Assembly (NCBI GenBank): GCA_040767195.1
Contig: JAXGPA010000002.1
Location: forward strand, 224,001 to 288,000
DNA from: Syntrophales bacterium
GTDB lineage: Bacteria; Desulfobacterota; Syntrophia; Syntrophales; UBA6807
DNA length: 64,000 nt
Direction of reading: 5' to 3'
In this document: piece by piece, positions 55,609 through 64,000 of the stretch
How positions within the stretch are numbered: position 1 is the first letter of the stretch
How the letters are laid out: every line of letters starts with the position of its first letter
Notes under the pieces: generated by a model
Told to the model about the DNA's origin: nothing
Seen by the model: only the letters and a program-made list of their open reading frames with translations
The model's database searches: none
Program-made: the position numbers and the translations under genes

Positions 55609-56523
55609 TCAGGATCGCTCGATGACCCGGATGATCCGAAAGAGTGTTTCGTTCACCGGTGTCGGAATGCCGTACGTTTTTCCCAGCTCGATCATTTTTC
55701 CCCCGAACATTTCCACTTCCGTCTTCCTCTTCGCCTCGATGTCCTGGAGCATGGAGGTTTTCCCCGCCGGTGAGAGCCGGGCCATGAAACCATACCAGTT
55801 TTCGATATCCTCCCCAGTGATGTTGACGGAGGCGGCGGCGGCGACGGCCGTCACCTCCCTCATGGCCGAGTCCATGAGTTCCCGGGCCTCCGGCGACGTC
55901 TGGAAGACCCCGTAAGGCGCCCGGAGCACCGCCGACACCTGGTTGATGCCCACGTTGATCATGTATTTCCACCAGAGGATGCGGAGCATGTCTTCCGGCG
56001 TTTCGTAAACGATGCCCGCCCGGTCGAAGAGGGCCTGGAGGCGCCTCACCCGCTCGGAAAGCACCCGGTTCTCCTTTTCACCGAAAAAGAGCTTTCCCTG
56101 GGTGGTATACGTCATGGCGTTCCCTTCCCGGAGGGCGTCGATCCCCACGGCCACCGCGTAGAGGACCTTCCCGGCGCCGAAGGCCGCGCCGAGGCGCTCC
56201 TCGCTGTCAATGCCGTTCATGACGGACAGGAACAGGGTACCGTCCCCGACAAAGGGCCTCATCTCCCCGATGGCCGCCTCCAGGTGGTGGTGCTTTACCG
56301 CGACGATGACGAGATCGGCGGGCCCCGCCTCTTTTTCCGGCGACAGCACGGGCAGCCGATAGGCTTTACCGTTCACCGTGAACCCCCGGTTTTTCAGCCG
56401 GTCATATCTTTCCCCGGCGGCGATGAGAAAGACGCTCCCCGGTTCGCTGTCCGCCAGCTTGCTCGCATAAAAGGACCCCATGGCGCCGGCGCCGACGACG
56501 GCGATCCGCTTGAACGATGTCAT
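55609..56523 (-). CDS. Ketopantoate reductase family protein (PanE/ApbA)
   Basis: 'VVGAGAMG', 'VAVK', 'MNGI', 'WWKYMIN', 'TSMLQD...TEVE'. Confidence 0.88.
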   Translation of the reverse strand: MTSFKRIAVVGAGAMGSFYASKLADSEPGSVFLIAAGERYDRLKNRGFTVNGKAYRLPVLSPEKEAGPADLVIVAVKHHHLEAAIGEMRPFVGDGTLFLSVMNGIDSEERLGAAFGAGKVLYAVAVGIDALREGNAMTYTTQGKLFFGEKENRVLSERVRRLQALFDRAGIVYETPEDMLRILWWKYMINVGINQVSAVLRAPYGVFQTSPEARELMDSAMREVTAVAAAASVNITGEDIENWYGFMARLSPAGKTSMLQDIEAKRKTEVEMFGGKMIELGKTYGIPTPVNETLFRIIRVIERS

Positions 56524-56593
56524 GTGATGAACCTCCCTTCAGTCCGCCCCGGGGGAAAAGCCCCCCTCCCCCGTCTCGGGCGTCCCGTTGAAA

Positions 56594-57541
56594 TCAGTTT
56601 TTTACATGCAGGGGAACGTCACCCCTTTCGACACGACGGATGTTCTCCGCCACGGCCTCGACGATCCCCCGGACGGAAATGTCCGTGGACCCGGCAATGT
56701 GGGGCGTCGCCAGGACATTGTACCGAAACAGGGGATCATCGGGGTCGGGGGGTTCCTCCCAGTAAACGTCGAGGCCCGCGCCTGCGATTCTCCCCGAGGC
56801 CAGGGCGTCGATGAGGGCCTCCCGCTCGATGAGGCCGCCCCGGGACAGGTTGATGATGAAGGACTCCCGTTTCATCCGTGAAAAGGCCGCCCCATCGATC
56901 ATTCCCCGGCTCTCCTCCGTCATCGGAAGGGCGAGGACGACGTAATCGGACCGGGCCAGGAGACGGGGCAGATCCCCGGGGCCTCCGGCCCACACAAGTC
57001 CCAACTCCTCCATGGCTTTTTCAGGATCGTTCAGCTTGATTCCCATGAGCCGGACGCCGAAGGGCCGGAGCCTGTAAACCAGGGCCCGGCCGATACCGCC
57101 GAGACCGACGATTCCCACGGTTTTTCCCTTCAGGGCACGGCCCTTAGGTTCCCCGACCTTGCGGTCGCGGTGGCTTCGCGCCATGCCCCGGAAATCCCGG
57201 GAAAGACCGATGAGCATGTAGATCCCCAGTTCGGCCACCGAGTCGGCATTCCCGGAAATGTCCGTAGGCACGTTTGCCACCGGGATGTTTTGCTCCCGGG
57301 CCGCCGCCAGGTCCACCCCCTCCAGGCCGGCGCCGCACTGCTGGATCAGCCGCAGGCGATCGGCGCCGCGCAGGACGTCCCTCGTCACCAGGCTCATCGT
57401 GGGAACCAGCACATCGAAACCCTCAAGGGTGCCGATCTCGAACCGGCCGCTGGCCTCGAAGGAATGTTCGGGAAGGGTGCTGCGAATCTTGTGAAAAAAA
57501 CCAGCCCAGGCGTTTTCAGGTGCTGCGAAGAGAATCTTCAT
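56594..57541 (-). CDS. D-2-hydroxyacid dehydrogenase family protein
   Basis: 'SVAE', 'GIVGLGGIG', 'INLSRG', 'LDVYWEEP', 'TPHIAG'; start placed at ATG 57541. Confidence 0.9.
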   Translation of the reverse strand: MKILFAAPENAWAGFFHKIRSTLPEHSFEASGRFEIGTLEGFDVLVPTMSLVTRDVLRGADRLRLIQQCGAGLEGVDLAAAREQNIPVANVPTDISGNADSVAELGIYMLIGLSRDFRGMARSHRDRKVGEPKGRALKGKTVGIVGLGGIGRALVYRLRPFGVRLMGIKLNDPEKAMEELGLVWAGGPGDLPRLLARSDYVVLALPMTEESRGMIDGAAFSRMKRESFIINLSRGGLIEREALIDALASGRIAGAGLDVYWEEPPDPDDPLFRYNVLATPHIAGSTDISVRGIVEAVAENIRRVERGDVPLHVKN

Positions 57542-57702
57542 GACATTCGCCCTCTCTTTTTCGTTTAAACCGATCAAAATCCTGCTTATTTTATATGGCC
57601 ACCGGCCGTGACGCCACTGTTTTTTCCATTCGTTCTTGACGGAACCCTGCATCGGTTTTATCAATAAGACTGAATTTCACAGAAAAAACGGAGGGAAAAT
57701 CC

Positions 57703-58275
57703 ATGAAAAAGTCTCTGGGTCCCGGCACGATTCTCTATCCCGCCCCGGTCCTCGTAGTGGGAACCTACGACGGGCAGGGGAAACCGAACGTCATGACCGC
57801 CGCCTGGGGCGGGATCTGCTGTTCCGATCCGCCCTGCGTCGCCGTCTCTCTCCGGAAGGCGACCCACACCTACGGCGCCATCGTCGAGCGAAAATGCTTC
57901 ACCGTCAGCATCCCGTCGGAACGGCACGTCGTGGAAGCAGACTGCTTCGGCATCACCACAGGAAGAAAAACGGACAAGTTCGCCCTCACGGGGCTGACAC
58001 CGGTCCGAAGCGGCCTCGTGGACGCCCCCTACGTCGAGGAATTTCCCTTTGTCCTGGAGTGCCGGCTTCTGCAGTCCCTGGAGATCGGCCTCCACACCCA
58101 GTTCATCGGGGAAATCCTCGACCTGAAAGCGGAGGAATCGGTTCTCCCGGAAAAAGGATGGCCGGACATCGAAAAAATCCGGCCCATCGTTTTTGCGCCC
58201 GGAATCGGCTTTTATTTCGGGCTGGGGAAAAAACTGGGAAAAGCCTTCTCCATCGGCCGGCGATTCGGGAAATAG
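57703..58275 (+). CDS. Flavin reductase family protein (flavoredoxin-like)
   Basis: '[11 protein letters not shown]', 'NVMTAAWGG', 'LECRL', 'HTQFIGEI'. Confidence 0.88.
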   Translation: MKKSLGPGTILYPAPVLVVGTYDGQGKPNVMTAAWGGICCSDPPCVAVSLRKATHTYGAIVERKCFTVSIPSERHVVEADCFGITTGRKTDKFALTGLTPVRSGLVDAPYVEEFPFVLECRLLQSLEIGLHTQFIGEILDLKAEESVLPEKGWPDIEKIRPIVFAPGIGFYFGLGKKLGKAFSIGRRFGK

Positions 58276-58288
58276 CCCGAAGGGTTTT

Positions 58289-58903
58289 CTATCCCGTCAG
58301 CCATCGCCAGGCCTCGTGAAAAAGGAAAACGGAAAAGCCGGCCAGAACGGCCGCCAGGACGACCATGAGGCCCCGGTAGGCCCTCCCCGTGAAGAACGTC
58401 CGGAACCGCCCCACCGTCAACGCGACGGCCACCTTGGAGCCGACGAGACAGAAGTAGAAAAACCCGATGAAAAGCCAGGGCTCGAGGGAACCGGCCTGCC
58501 CGGCGCGAAAGACGAGGGGGCCGCCGACGGTGATCCAGAAGAGCCAGGGGTGGGGATTCAGAAAGTTTATGAGAGCCCCCTTGCGAAGGGACCGTGCCTC
58601 TCCGGCTCCTTCTTCGGCAGGAACCGGGCCGGATCGCCAGGTTTCCCAGGCCAGCCGGAGAACGTAACAGCCGCCGCCGACAGAGAGGATTCCCAGGAAA
58701 ACGCCCGAGGGCCCGATCTCTCTCAATGCCAGGAGAACGGCCAGGACAATGGGAACATCCGTCAGGAGAGGGGCCGCCGAGACGAGCACCCCCTCCCGGG
58801 GCCCGTGGCGAAGCGTCTGCAGGATGACCAGTGTCAGAAGCGGCCCCGGGGAAAGCCCGGCGGTCAGTCCCAGGATCGCACCGGCCAGAGCAAAAGACAG
58901 CAC
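58289..58903 (-). CDS. LysE family exporter
   Basis: 'SPGP', 'NFLNPHPWLFW'; about 6 TM segments. Confidence 0.85.
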   Translation of the reverse strand: MLSFALAGAILGLTAGLSPGPLLTLVILQTLRHGPREGVLVSAAPLLTDVPIVLAVLLALREIGPSGVFLGILSVGGGCYVLRLAWETWRSGPVPAEEGAGEARSLRKGALINFLNPHPWLFWITVGGPLVFRAGQAGSLEPWLFIGFFYFCLVGSKVAVALTVGRFRTFFTGRAYRGLMVVLAAVLAGFSVFLFHEAWRWLTG

Positions 58904-59238
58904 AGGATCATTCCTCCTTCAGGACCGCGGCGGGTCCGGCTCCTGCAGGCCGGCCTCCGGGCTTTTTCATCCATTGATTCAGCCCCCGGGGCAGACGGTG
59001 GAAGAGATGCCGCCATCCACGAATCCAGGGCATTTTCGTGAATCATCCCTTGGAGATGGGGATTCATCCTCGCCGCGGTCCGCACGGAACTACAGGGTCA
59101 CCGTGACATGAAAACGGAAAGGGATCAACAAGAAACATCCCTTGATCACCCGGGAAAGATGCATTAAATTTATAAGTGTAGTTGTTTTTCTACTCCCCGG
59201 GATCGGTGGAACGGATGGAAAAAGTGGAAAAAAAGGAA

Positions 59239-59895
59239 ATGTCCATGAAATGGATTCAGATCCTCATCCGGATTTTCATCGATCCTGAAACGAAGGAAAC
59301 CCTCGAAAAAGCGCCGGAGAAGATGAGGGGATTCCAGGGTGTGGGAAATGTCCTGGCCGGCCACTTCCGAAGACCGACCCTCTTCAATCCCGCCGGCCTT
59401 CTGGCGGCCCTGGTCTTCACCGGGACGCTCTTTCATCCCTGGTGGGTCGCCTTCGTTTACAACAACGAGTACACCATAGGGGCCTACGCCTTCATTCTCA
59501 GTCACAATCTCCCGTCCGAAGGGGTGGTGTACGTCATTGAAACGCCCGTCGCTGCCGTGATTCTCCTGGTTCTTCTTTTGGCGGGATACCTCTTTCTCGC
59601 CTTCTGGGGAAGCACCATGAAGGGGAAAAAAGGGAAGCTCATTCTTTTCTGGACAGGGGTCTTCATGCTTCTGTACACCGCCGGGTTCTATGGGGCCCTC
59701 CTTTTCGCGACCCACCGGGTAGACGTGCCCGTGACAGGATACAGCTACATTGTCCACACCGTTCAGGTGGACATCTACATGGCCTTCACCCGGGCGTATG
59801 TCACCGCCGTCGGGGCCGCCGTCGCCTGTCTCCTGTCTCCCCTTCTCCACGGGCGTCCCGCCATTCCCCTCCACCGCAGGAAGGGAACCCCGTGA
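59239..59895 (+). CDS. Hypothetical membrane protein (about 4 TM)
   Basis: Hydrophobic segments, AAGGA RBS, GTGA overlap with the downstream ThiF gene; start uncertain. Confidence 0.7.
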   Translation: MSMKWIQILIRIFIDPETKETLEKAPEKMRGFQGVGNVLAGHFRRPTLFNPAGLLAALVFTGTLFHPWWVAFVYNNEYTIGAYAFILSHNLPSEGVVYVIETPVAAVILLVLLLAGYLFLAFWGSTMKGKKGKLILFWTGVFMLLYTAGFYGALLFATHRVDVPVTGYSYIVHTVQVDIYMAFTRAYVTAVGAAVACLLSPLLHGRPAIPLHRRKGTP

Positions 59896-61805
59896 ACATC
59901 CCCTACGAGCGGCTCTTCGAACGGAATTACGGAATCTTTTCGTTCCGGGAACAGGAAAGGATCCGGAAAAGCCGGGTTCTCATCGTCGGCTGCGGCGGCA
60001 TCGGGGGGACGGTGGCGGTCATGCTCGCCCGGTCGGGGGTGGCGTCCTTCACCCTTGTCGACTACGACGTCTATTCCCCCTCCAACATGAACCGCCAGGC
60101 CGGGTGCTTCACCGACACCCTGGGAAAACCGAAGGTCCTGATCATCGCCGACATGATACGCCGGATCAACCCGGCGGCCCGGGTCGACTCCCACAACCGT
60201 CTTCTCAGCCACGACGAGATCGCCGACCTGATAGAAGACGCGGACCTCGTCTTTCCCGCGGCGGACGACTTCGCTTTCAGCCTCTTCGTCTTCCGTGACG
60301 CCCGCCGCCTCGGGAAGCCGGCCCTCCTTGTCGTTCCCTCAGGAACATGGGCCCACGTGAGCCTCATCGGGCCTCACGGACCCTCCCCTGAAAGGATCGA
60401 GGGGGTTCCTGCCCTGGACTCGTACGAGTCGCTCCGGGAAACCCTGGAAATCCGGAAATACAAGCTGGGCACTTATTTTTACGTCTTCCAGGGAAACTGG
60501 AGGATCGGCTATTACCGGGATTTCGTGGAGGGAACGGCCCGGCTCGCCCAGGTCTGCCCCACCGTCTGGATCTCTTCCGCCCTGGGCGCCCTGGAAGTCC
60601 TGAAATACCTGAGCGGCCGGTGGCCTCCCGTGGCCTCCCCCTTCTACTGGCATGTGACGGAAAAAAAGATCTCCCTCCGAAAGGTGAACGGCCTGTCTTC
60701 CGACACCCTTCTCGCCTGGCAGCGCCGTGTCATGTGGGCCGTCTTCCATTCCCCCCTGGCCCCCCTTCAGGAAAGCCTTCAGAAAATCTGGTGGAAGGCT
60801 TATCTCCGGTGGGGACGATACCGGGAAAGGGGCGTGGGAAAAGAGGGTCCGGAAGAAACGGCGGACCCCGTCGACGGTTCCTATGAAGCCCTTTTCTGCC
60901 GGAATCTCGGGATCCTCACGGAGAAGGAACAGGAAGCCATCCGCAAGACCCGGGTTCTCATCGTCGGCGATTCGGGCATGGGGGAAACCCTGGCGGTCCT
61001 CCTGGCTCGGTGCGGCTTCGAGAGATTCACCCTTGCCGGCGACGGGATTTACACCGCCGGGGACATGAACCGCCAGATCGGATGTTTCAGCGACACGGTG
61101 GGCCGGCGAAAAGGGGAGGTGACGTCGGAAATGATCCGGTCCGTCAACCCGGCCGCGCGGGTCGAGATCCTGGAAGAAAACCCCGGGGAAGACGCCATGG
61201 ATGCCCTGGTGTCGGCGGCCGACCTCGTCATCCCCGCCGTGGACGACCTTTCATACAGCGTTCTCCTCTTCCGGGCGGCGAAACGGTGCGGCCGGACGGC
61301 CCTCCTTTGCCTTCCCTCCGGTGTCATGGGATGGGTGAGCGTCTTCTTCCCGGAGGGACCTTCCCTGGAAAAAATGCTCGGAATTCCCGACACGGACTAC
61401 CAGGGCCTGGTCAACGTCATGAAAACGAAGGAGTACCAGTGCGCCCAGTACCACTGCATCACCGACGGCGACTGGCGGATGGACTGGTTTTTCGATTATT
61501 TCCGGGGGCGGCGGCCGCTGCCCCTCTTGTGCCCGGCGGAATGGCTTCTCGTGAGCCTGGCGGCTCTTGAGGCCGTGAAGGTCGCCTCGGGCCGGTGGAG
61601 GCCCCTGCGGGCCCCCCGGTGCTGGCTCCTGAAAAACGGCCGGGTGTCCGTCTCCCGGTTCAGCCGTTTCATTTCCTGGCACCGCCGGCTGGGATGGGCC
61701 CTTTTCGGTTCGCCAAGGGGCATCCGGGCCCACCGGCTGACCCACCTCTTCTGGAAGCGGCTCTTCCGCTTCCTCGCGAAAGAGCGGAGAACAGCGGGCG
61801 ATTGA
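59892..61805 (+). CDS. Tandem double ThiF/MoeB/E1-like adenylation-domain protein
   Basis: Two colinear ~310-aa repeats: 'RNYG...VLIVGCGGIG...VDYD...SNMNRQ' and 'RNLG...VLIVGDSGMG...AGDG...GDMNRQ'. Confidence 0.85.
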   Translation: MNIPYERLFERNYGIFSFREQERIRKSRVLIVGCGGIGGTVAVMLARSGVASFTLVDYDVYSPSNMNRQAGCFTDTLGKPKVLIIADMIRRINPAARVDSHNRLLSHDEIADLIEDADLVFPAADDFAFSLFVFRDARRLGKPALLVVPSGTWAHVSLIGPHGPSPERIEGVPALDSYESLRETLEIRKYKLGTYFYVFQGNWRIGYYRDFVEGTARLAQVCPTVWISSALGALEVLKYLSGRWPPVASPFYWHVTEKKISLRKVNGLSSDTLLAWQRRVMWAVFHSPLAPLQESLQKIWWKAYLRWGRYRERGVGKEGPEETADPVDGSYEALFCRNLGILTEKEQEAIRKTRVLIVGDSGMGETLAVLLARCGFERFTLAGDGIYTAGDMNRQIGCFSDTVGRRKGEVTSEMIRSVNPAARVEILEENPGEDAMDALVSAADLVIPAVDDLSYSVLLFRAAKRCGRTALLCLPSGVMGWVSVFFPEGPSLEKMLGIPDTDYQGLVNVMKTKEYQCAQYHCITDGDWRMDWFFDYFRGRRPLPLLCPAEWLLVSLAALEAVKVASGRWRPLRAPRCWLLKNGRVSVSRFSRFISWHRRLGWALFGSPRGIRAHRLTHLFWKRLFRFLAKERRTAGD

Positions 61806-61856
61806 CGCCCTGATGTGCATGAACCCTTAAAGAATCTCACTATTGTTTTTTCCCTG

Positions 61857-62003
61857 CGGCTTCGTAAAAAGCGCCGGATGCAAGGCTCCCGAAGCCCGGG
61901 GAACGAACAACAAAAGGGGACAGATTTGAAATCTGTCCCCTTTTGTTGTTTATAACAAGGCAGGAAGGGCAACGGAGCATACGGGACTTTTTACGGAGCC
62001 GTC
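61857..62003. mobile_element. Further copy of the palindromic element, with a nested perfect palindrome
   Basis: TIRs CGGCTTCGTAAAAAG / CTTTTTACGGAGCCG; shared internal blocks GCAAGGC and GAAGGGCAACG.AGCATA; centre 61906-61950 is a perfect 22-bp inverted repeat. Confidence 0.75.
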
Positions 62004-62011
62004 GCCGCCCT

Positions 62012-63490
62012 TCAGGCAATCTTCCAGGTCGTCCCCTCCGGACCGTCCTTGAGAAGAACGGCCTTTTCCACCAGGAAATCCCGGATTTCGTCGGCCCGTT
62101 TCCAGTTCTTCTCCCGGCGGGCCAGGCTTCTCTCCGCGATGAGTCCCTCGATCTCCGCCGTGTCGAGGCCCCGCTTGGCCGCTTCCCTGTCCCGGTCCGC
62201 CCCGAAGTATTCGTCAGGATCAACGAGAAAGAGGCCCAGGACCTTTCCAAGCTCCCGGATTCTCTTTCTCGCCTCGGAAAGAACGAACCGGGACCGTTCC
62301 GTCGGCTCGAAGCCCTTGTCGGTCATATAGTTGTTCAGGATACGGATGAACTCGAAAAGGCTCCCCAGGGCCCGGGCGGTGTTGAAGTCGTCATCCATGG
62401 CTTCGACGAAGCGCTCGGAGAGGGCTTGAGTCTTTTCATACACGTCCTTGTCCGCGCCGGCGAGGTCATCGGCGGAAAATTCCTTTCCGTCCCCGCCCGG
62501 GAGAAGATCCTTGATCCTTTTCAGGGTTTCGTAGAACCGCTCCATGCCCGCCCGGGATTCGCGGAGGGAATCGTCGGAAAAGTCGATGGGGCTGCGGTAG
62601 TGGCTCTGCAGGATGAAGAAACGGAGCACCTCGGGGTGGAACTGGTTCATGGCGTCCCGGAGATTGAAAATGTTCCCCAGGGATTTGGACATCTTTTCCT
62701 TGTTCACCCGGATGAAGCCGTTGTGCAGCCAGTACCGGGCGAAGGGCTTGTCCCATGCCCCCTCCGATTGGGCGATTTCATTTTCATGATGGGGGAAGAT
62801 GAGATCCTCGCCCCCGCCGTGAATGTCGAAGGTTTCACCCAGGTAGCGCTGGCTCATGACGGAGCACTCGATGTGCCACCCCGGTCTCCCCCTCCCCCAG
62901 GGGCTGTCCCACCAGGGTTCCCCCGGTTTGCTTCCTTTCCAGAGAACGAAATCCATGGGGTTTTGCTTCTTCTCGTCCACGTCGATCCGGGCCCCCGCCA
63001 TCATTTCGTCGATGTTCCGGCCTGACAGTTTTCCGTAACCGGGGAAACGCTCCACGGAGAAGAAAACGTCACCATCCACCACGTAGGCGAGTCCTTTTTC
63101 AATAAGCCTGTCGATCATCCGTATCATCCCCTGGATATTTTCCGTGGCCCGGGGAGTCAGGGAAGGCCGGGCGACGCCAAGCCGGTCCATGTCGTCGTTG
63201 TGTTCCCGGATGTATCGTTCTGAAATCTCGTGGATATCCGTTCCTTCCCGGTTGGCCCTGTCGATGATCTTGTCGTCCACATCGGTGAAGTTCTTGACGT
63301 AGTTCACCTGGAAGCCCCGGTACTTGAGATACCGGGTGATCATGTCGAAGACCACGGCGGAACGGGCATGGCCTACGTGACAGGTGTCGTAGGCCGTGAT
63401 TCCGCAGACATAAATTCCCACTTTCCGGTCCACCAGGGGGATGAAATCCGTCTTCCCTTTCGTCAGGGTGTCATGGAATCTGAGGCCCAT
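62012..63490 (-). CDS. cysS: Cysteine--tRNA ligase
   Basis: 'YVCGIT', 'HVGH' (HIGH), 'GRPGWHIECS', 'FPHHENE', 'KMSKS'; start placed at ATG 63490. Confidence 0.97.
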   Translation of the reverse strand: MGLRFHDTLTKGKTDFIPLVDRKVGIYVCGITAYDTCHVGHARSAVVFDMITRYLKYRGFQVNYVKNFTDVDDKIIDRANREGTDIHEISERYIREHNDDMDRLGVARPSLTPRATENIQGMIRMIDRLIEKGLAYVVDGDVFFSVERFPGYGKLSGRNIDEMMAGARIDVDEKKQNPMDFVLWKGSKPGEPWWDSPWGRGRPGWHIECSVMSQRYLGETFDIHGGGEDLIFPHHENEIAQSEGAWDKPFARYWLHNGFIRVNKEKMSKSLGNIFNLRDAMNQFHPEVLRFFILQSHYRSPIDFSDDSLRESRAGMERFYETLKRIKDLLPGGDGKEFSADDLAGADKDVYEKTQALSERFVEAMDDDFNTARALGSLFEFIRILNNYMTDKGFEPTERSRFVLSEARKRIRELGKVLGLFLVDPDEYFGADRDREAAKRGLDTAEIEGLIAERSLARREKNWKRADEIRDFLVEKAVLLKDGPEGTTWKIA

Positions 63491-63583
63491 GGGTTCCTCC
63501 TTGGCACAAGATATCTCTGATTTAAAAAATCCCGAAAGAAGCCCTGACAAGGGGGCGGGGCTTCCACAGCCCGTGAAACGGCG

Positions 63584-64000
63584 TTACGGAAAGAGGGGAA
63601 CCAGGTCGAGAGCCGTCGTCTCGGGAAGTCCCAGAAGCAGGTTCATGTTCTGAATGGCCTGACCGGCCGCCCCCTTGATCAGGTTGTCGATGACGGAAAC
63701 GATGATGACCCGTCCCGTCTTCTCTTCCACCGCGAGGCCGATGTCGCAGAAATTGGATCCCCGGACCGATGAGATATTGGGGAAAGTCCCTGGTTCACAG
63801 ACCCGGACGAAAGGCTCCTTTTCGTAAAATTTCCAATAGATGTCGTGGAGTTCCGAGGCTGCCAGGGGGCCATAGAGGGTCCCGTAGATGGTGCTCAGGA
63901 TTCCCCGGTTCACGGGAATCAGGTGGGGCACAAAGGAAACGCGGACATCTTTACCCGCCAGGGCGGAAAGTTCCTGCTCGATCTCCGGCGTGTGGCGGTG
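63584..64000 (-). CDS. argC: N-acetyl-gamma-glutamyl-phosphate reductase, C-terminal part (runs off the window)
   Basis: '[11 protein letters not shown]', '[13 protein letters not shown]', '[10 protein letters not shown]', '[17 protein letters not shown]'. Confidence 0.95.
   Translation of the reverse strand, partial: HRHTPEIEQELSALAGKDVRVSFVPHLIPVNRGILSTIYGTLYGPLAASELHDIYWKFYEKEPFVRVCEPGTFPNISSVRGSNFCDIGLAVEEKTGRVIIVSVIDNLIKGAAGQAIQNMNLLLGLPETTALDLVPLFP

Noticed and set aside
58910..59180. Several short hairpins between lysE and the membrane-protein gene as a possible riboswitch or ncRNA
   Set aside because: No recognisable riboswitch consensus; the stems are short and imperfect
59892..61805. 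CBASS/Bil-type ubiquitin-like defence system
   Set aside because: No E2, JAB, Ubl or CD-NTase gene is adjacent
1..64000. tRNA, rRNA, CRISPR arrays, integrases, transposases and selenocysteine read-through
   Set aside because: None recognised by eye; a covariance-model scan would be needed to exclude small RNAs

Overview
GC-rich bacterial window. Gene content and style suggest an anaerobic Desulfobacterota/Syntrophales-like organism (inference). About 58 CDS and no rRNA, tRNA or CRISPR array recognised. Left to right: (1) a probable sigma54-driven operon of class III CoA-transferase, a 47-aa membrane protein missed by the ORF track, and an SSS symporter; (2) a missed 52-aa rubredoxin-like protein and a desulforedoxin-like/histone-H1-like fusion; (3) RND pump genes and truA; (4) an ECF sigma/anti-sigma/Spy-like module; (5) a ~21 kb surface-glycan locus (two GT-C-like membrane proteins, four GT2, flippase, pyruvyltransferase) with unusual tailoring enzymes: a truncated Mur ligase, an AsnB lacking its glutaminase Cys, three paralogous methyltransferases, two paralogous QueC-like PP-loop/Zn proteins and two radical SAM proteins; (6) acyl-CoA ligase, purQ, purL, an NtrC-type two-component system and glmM; (7) an accessory 10-gene type II fatty-acid/lipid cluster behind a sigma54-like promoter, containing an acyl-CoA dehydrogenase but no enoyl reductase; (8) small metabolic genes, a membrane protein coupled to a tandem double-ThiF protein, cysS and partial argC. 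A palindromic MITE/REP-like element occurs in several copies, one carrying a nested perfect 45-bp palindrome. The best candidates for undescribed systems are the glycan-tailoring cassette, the FAS cluster and the double-ThiF pair. All calls rest on motif reading by eye; no database searches were run.
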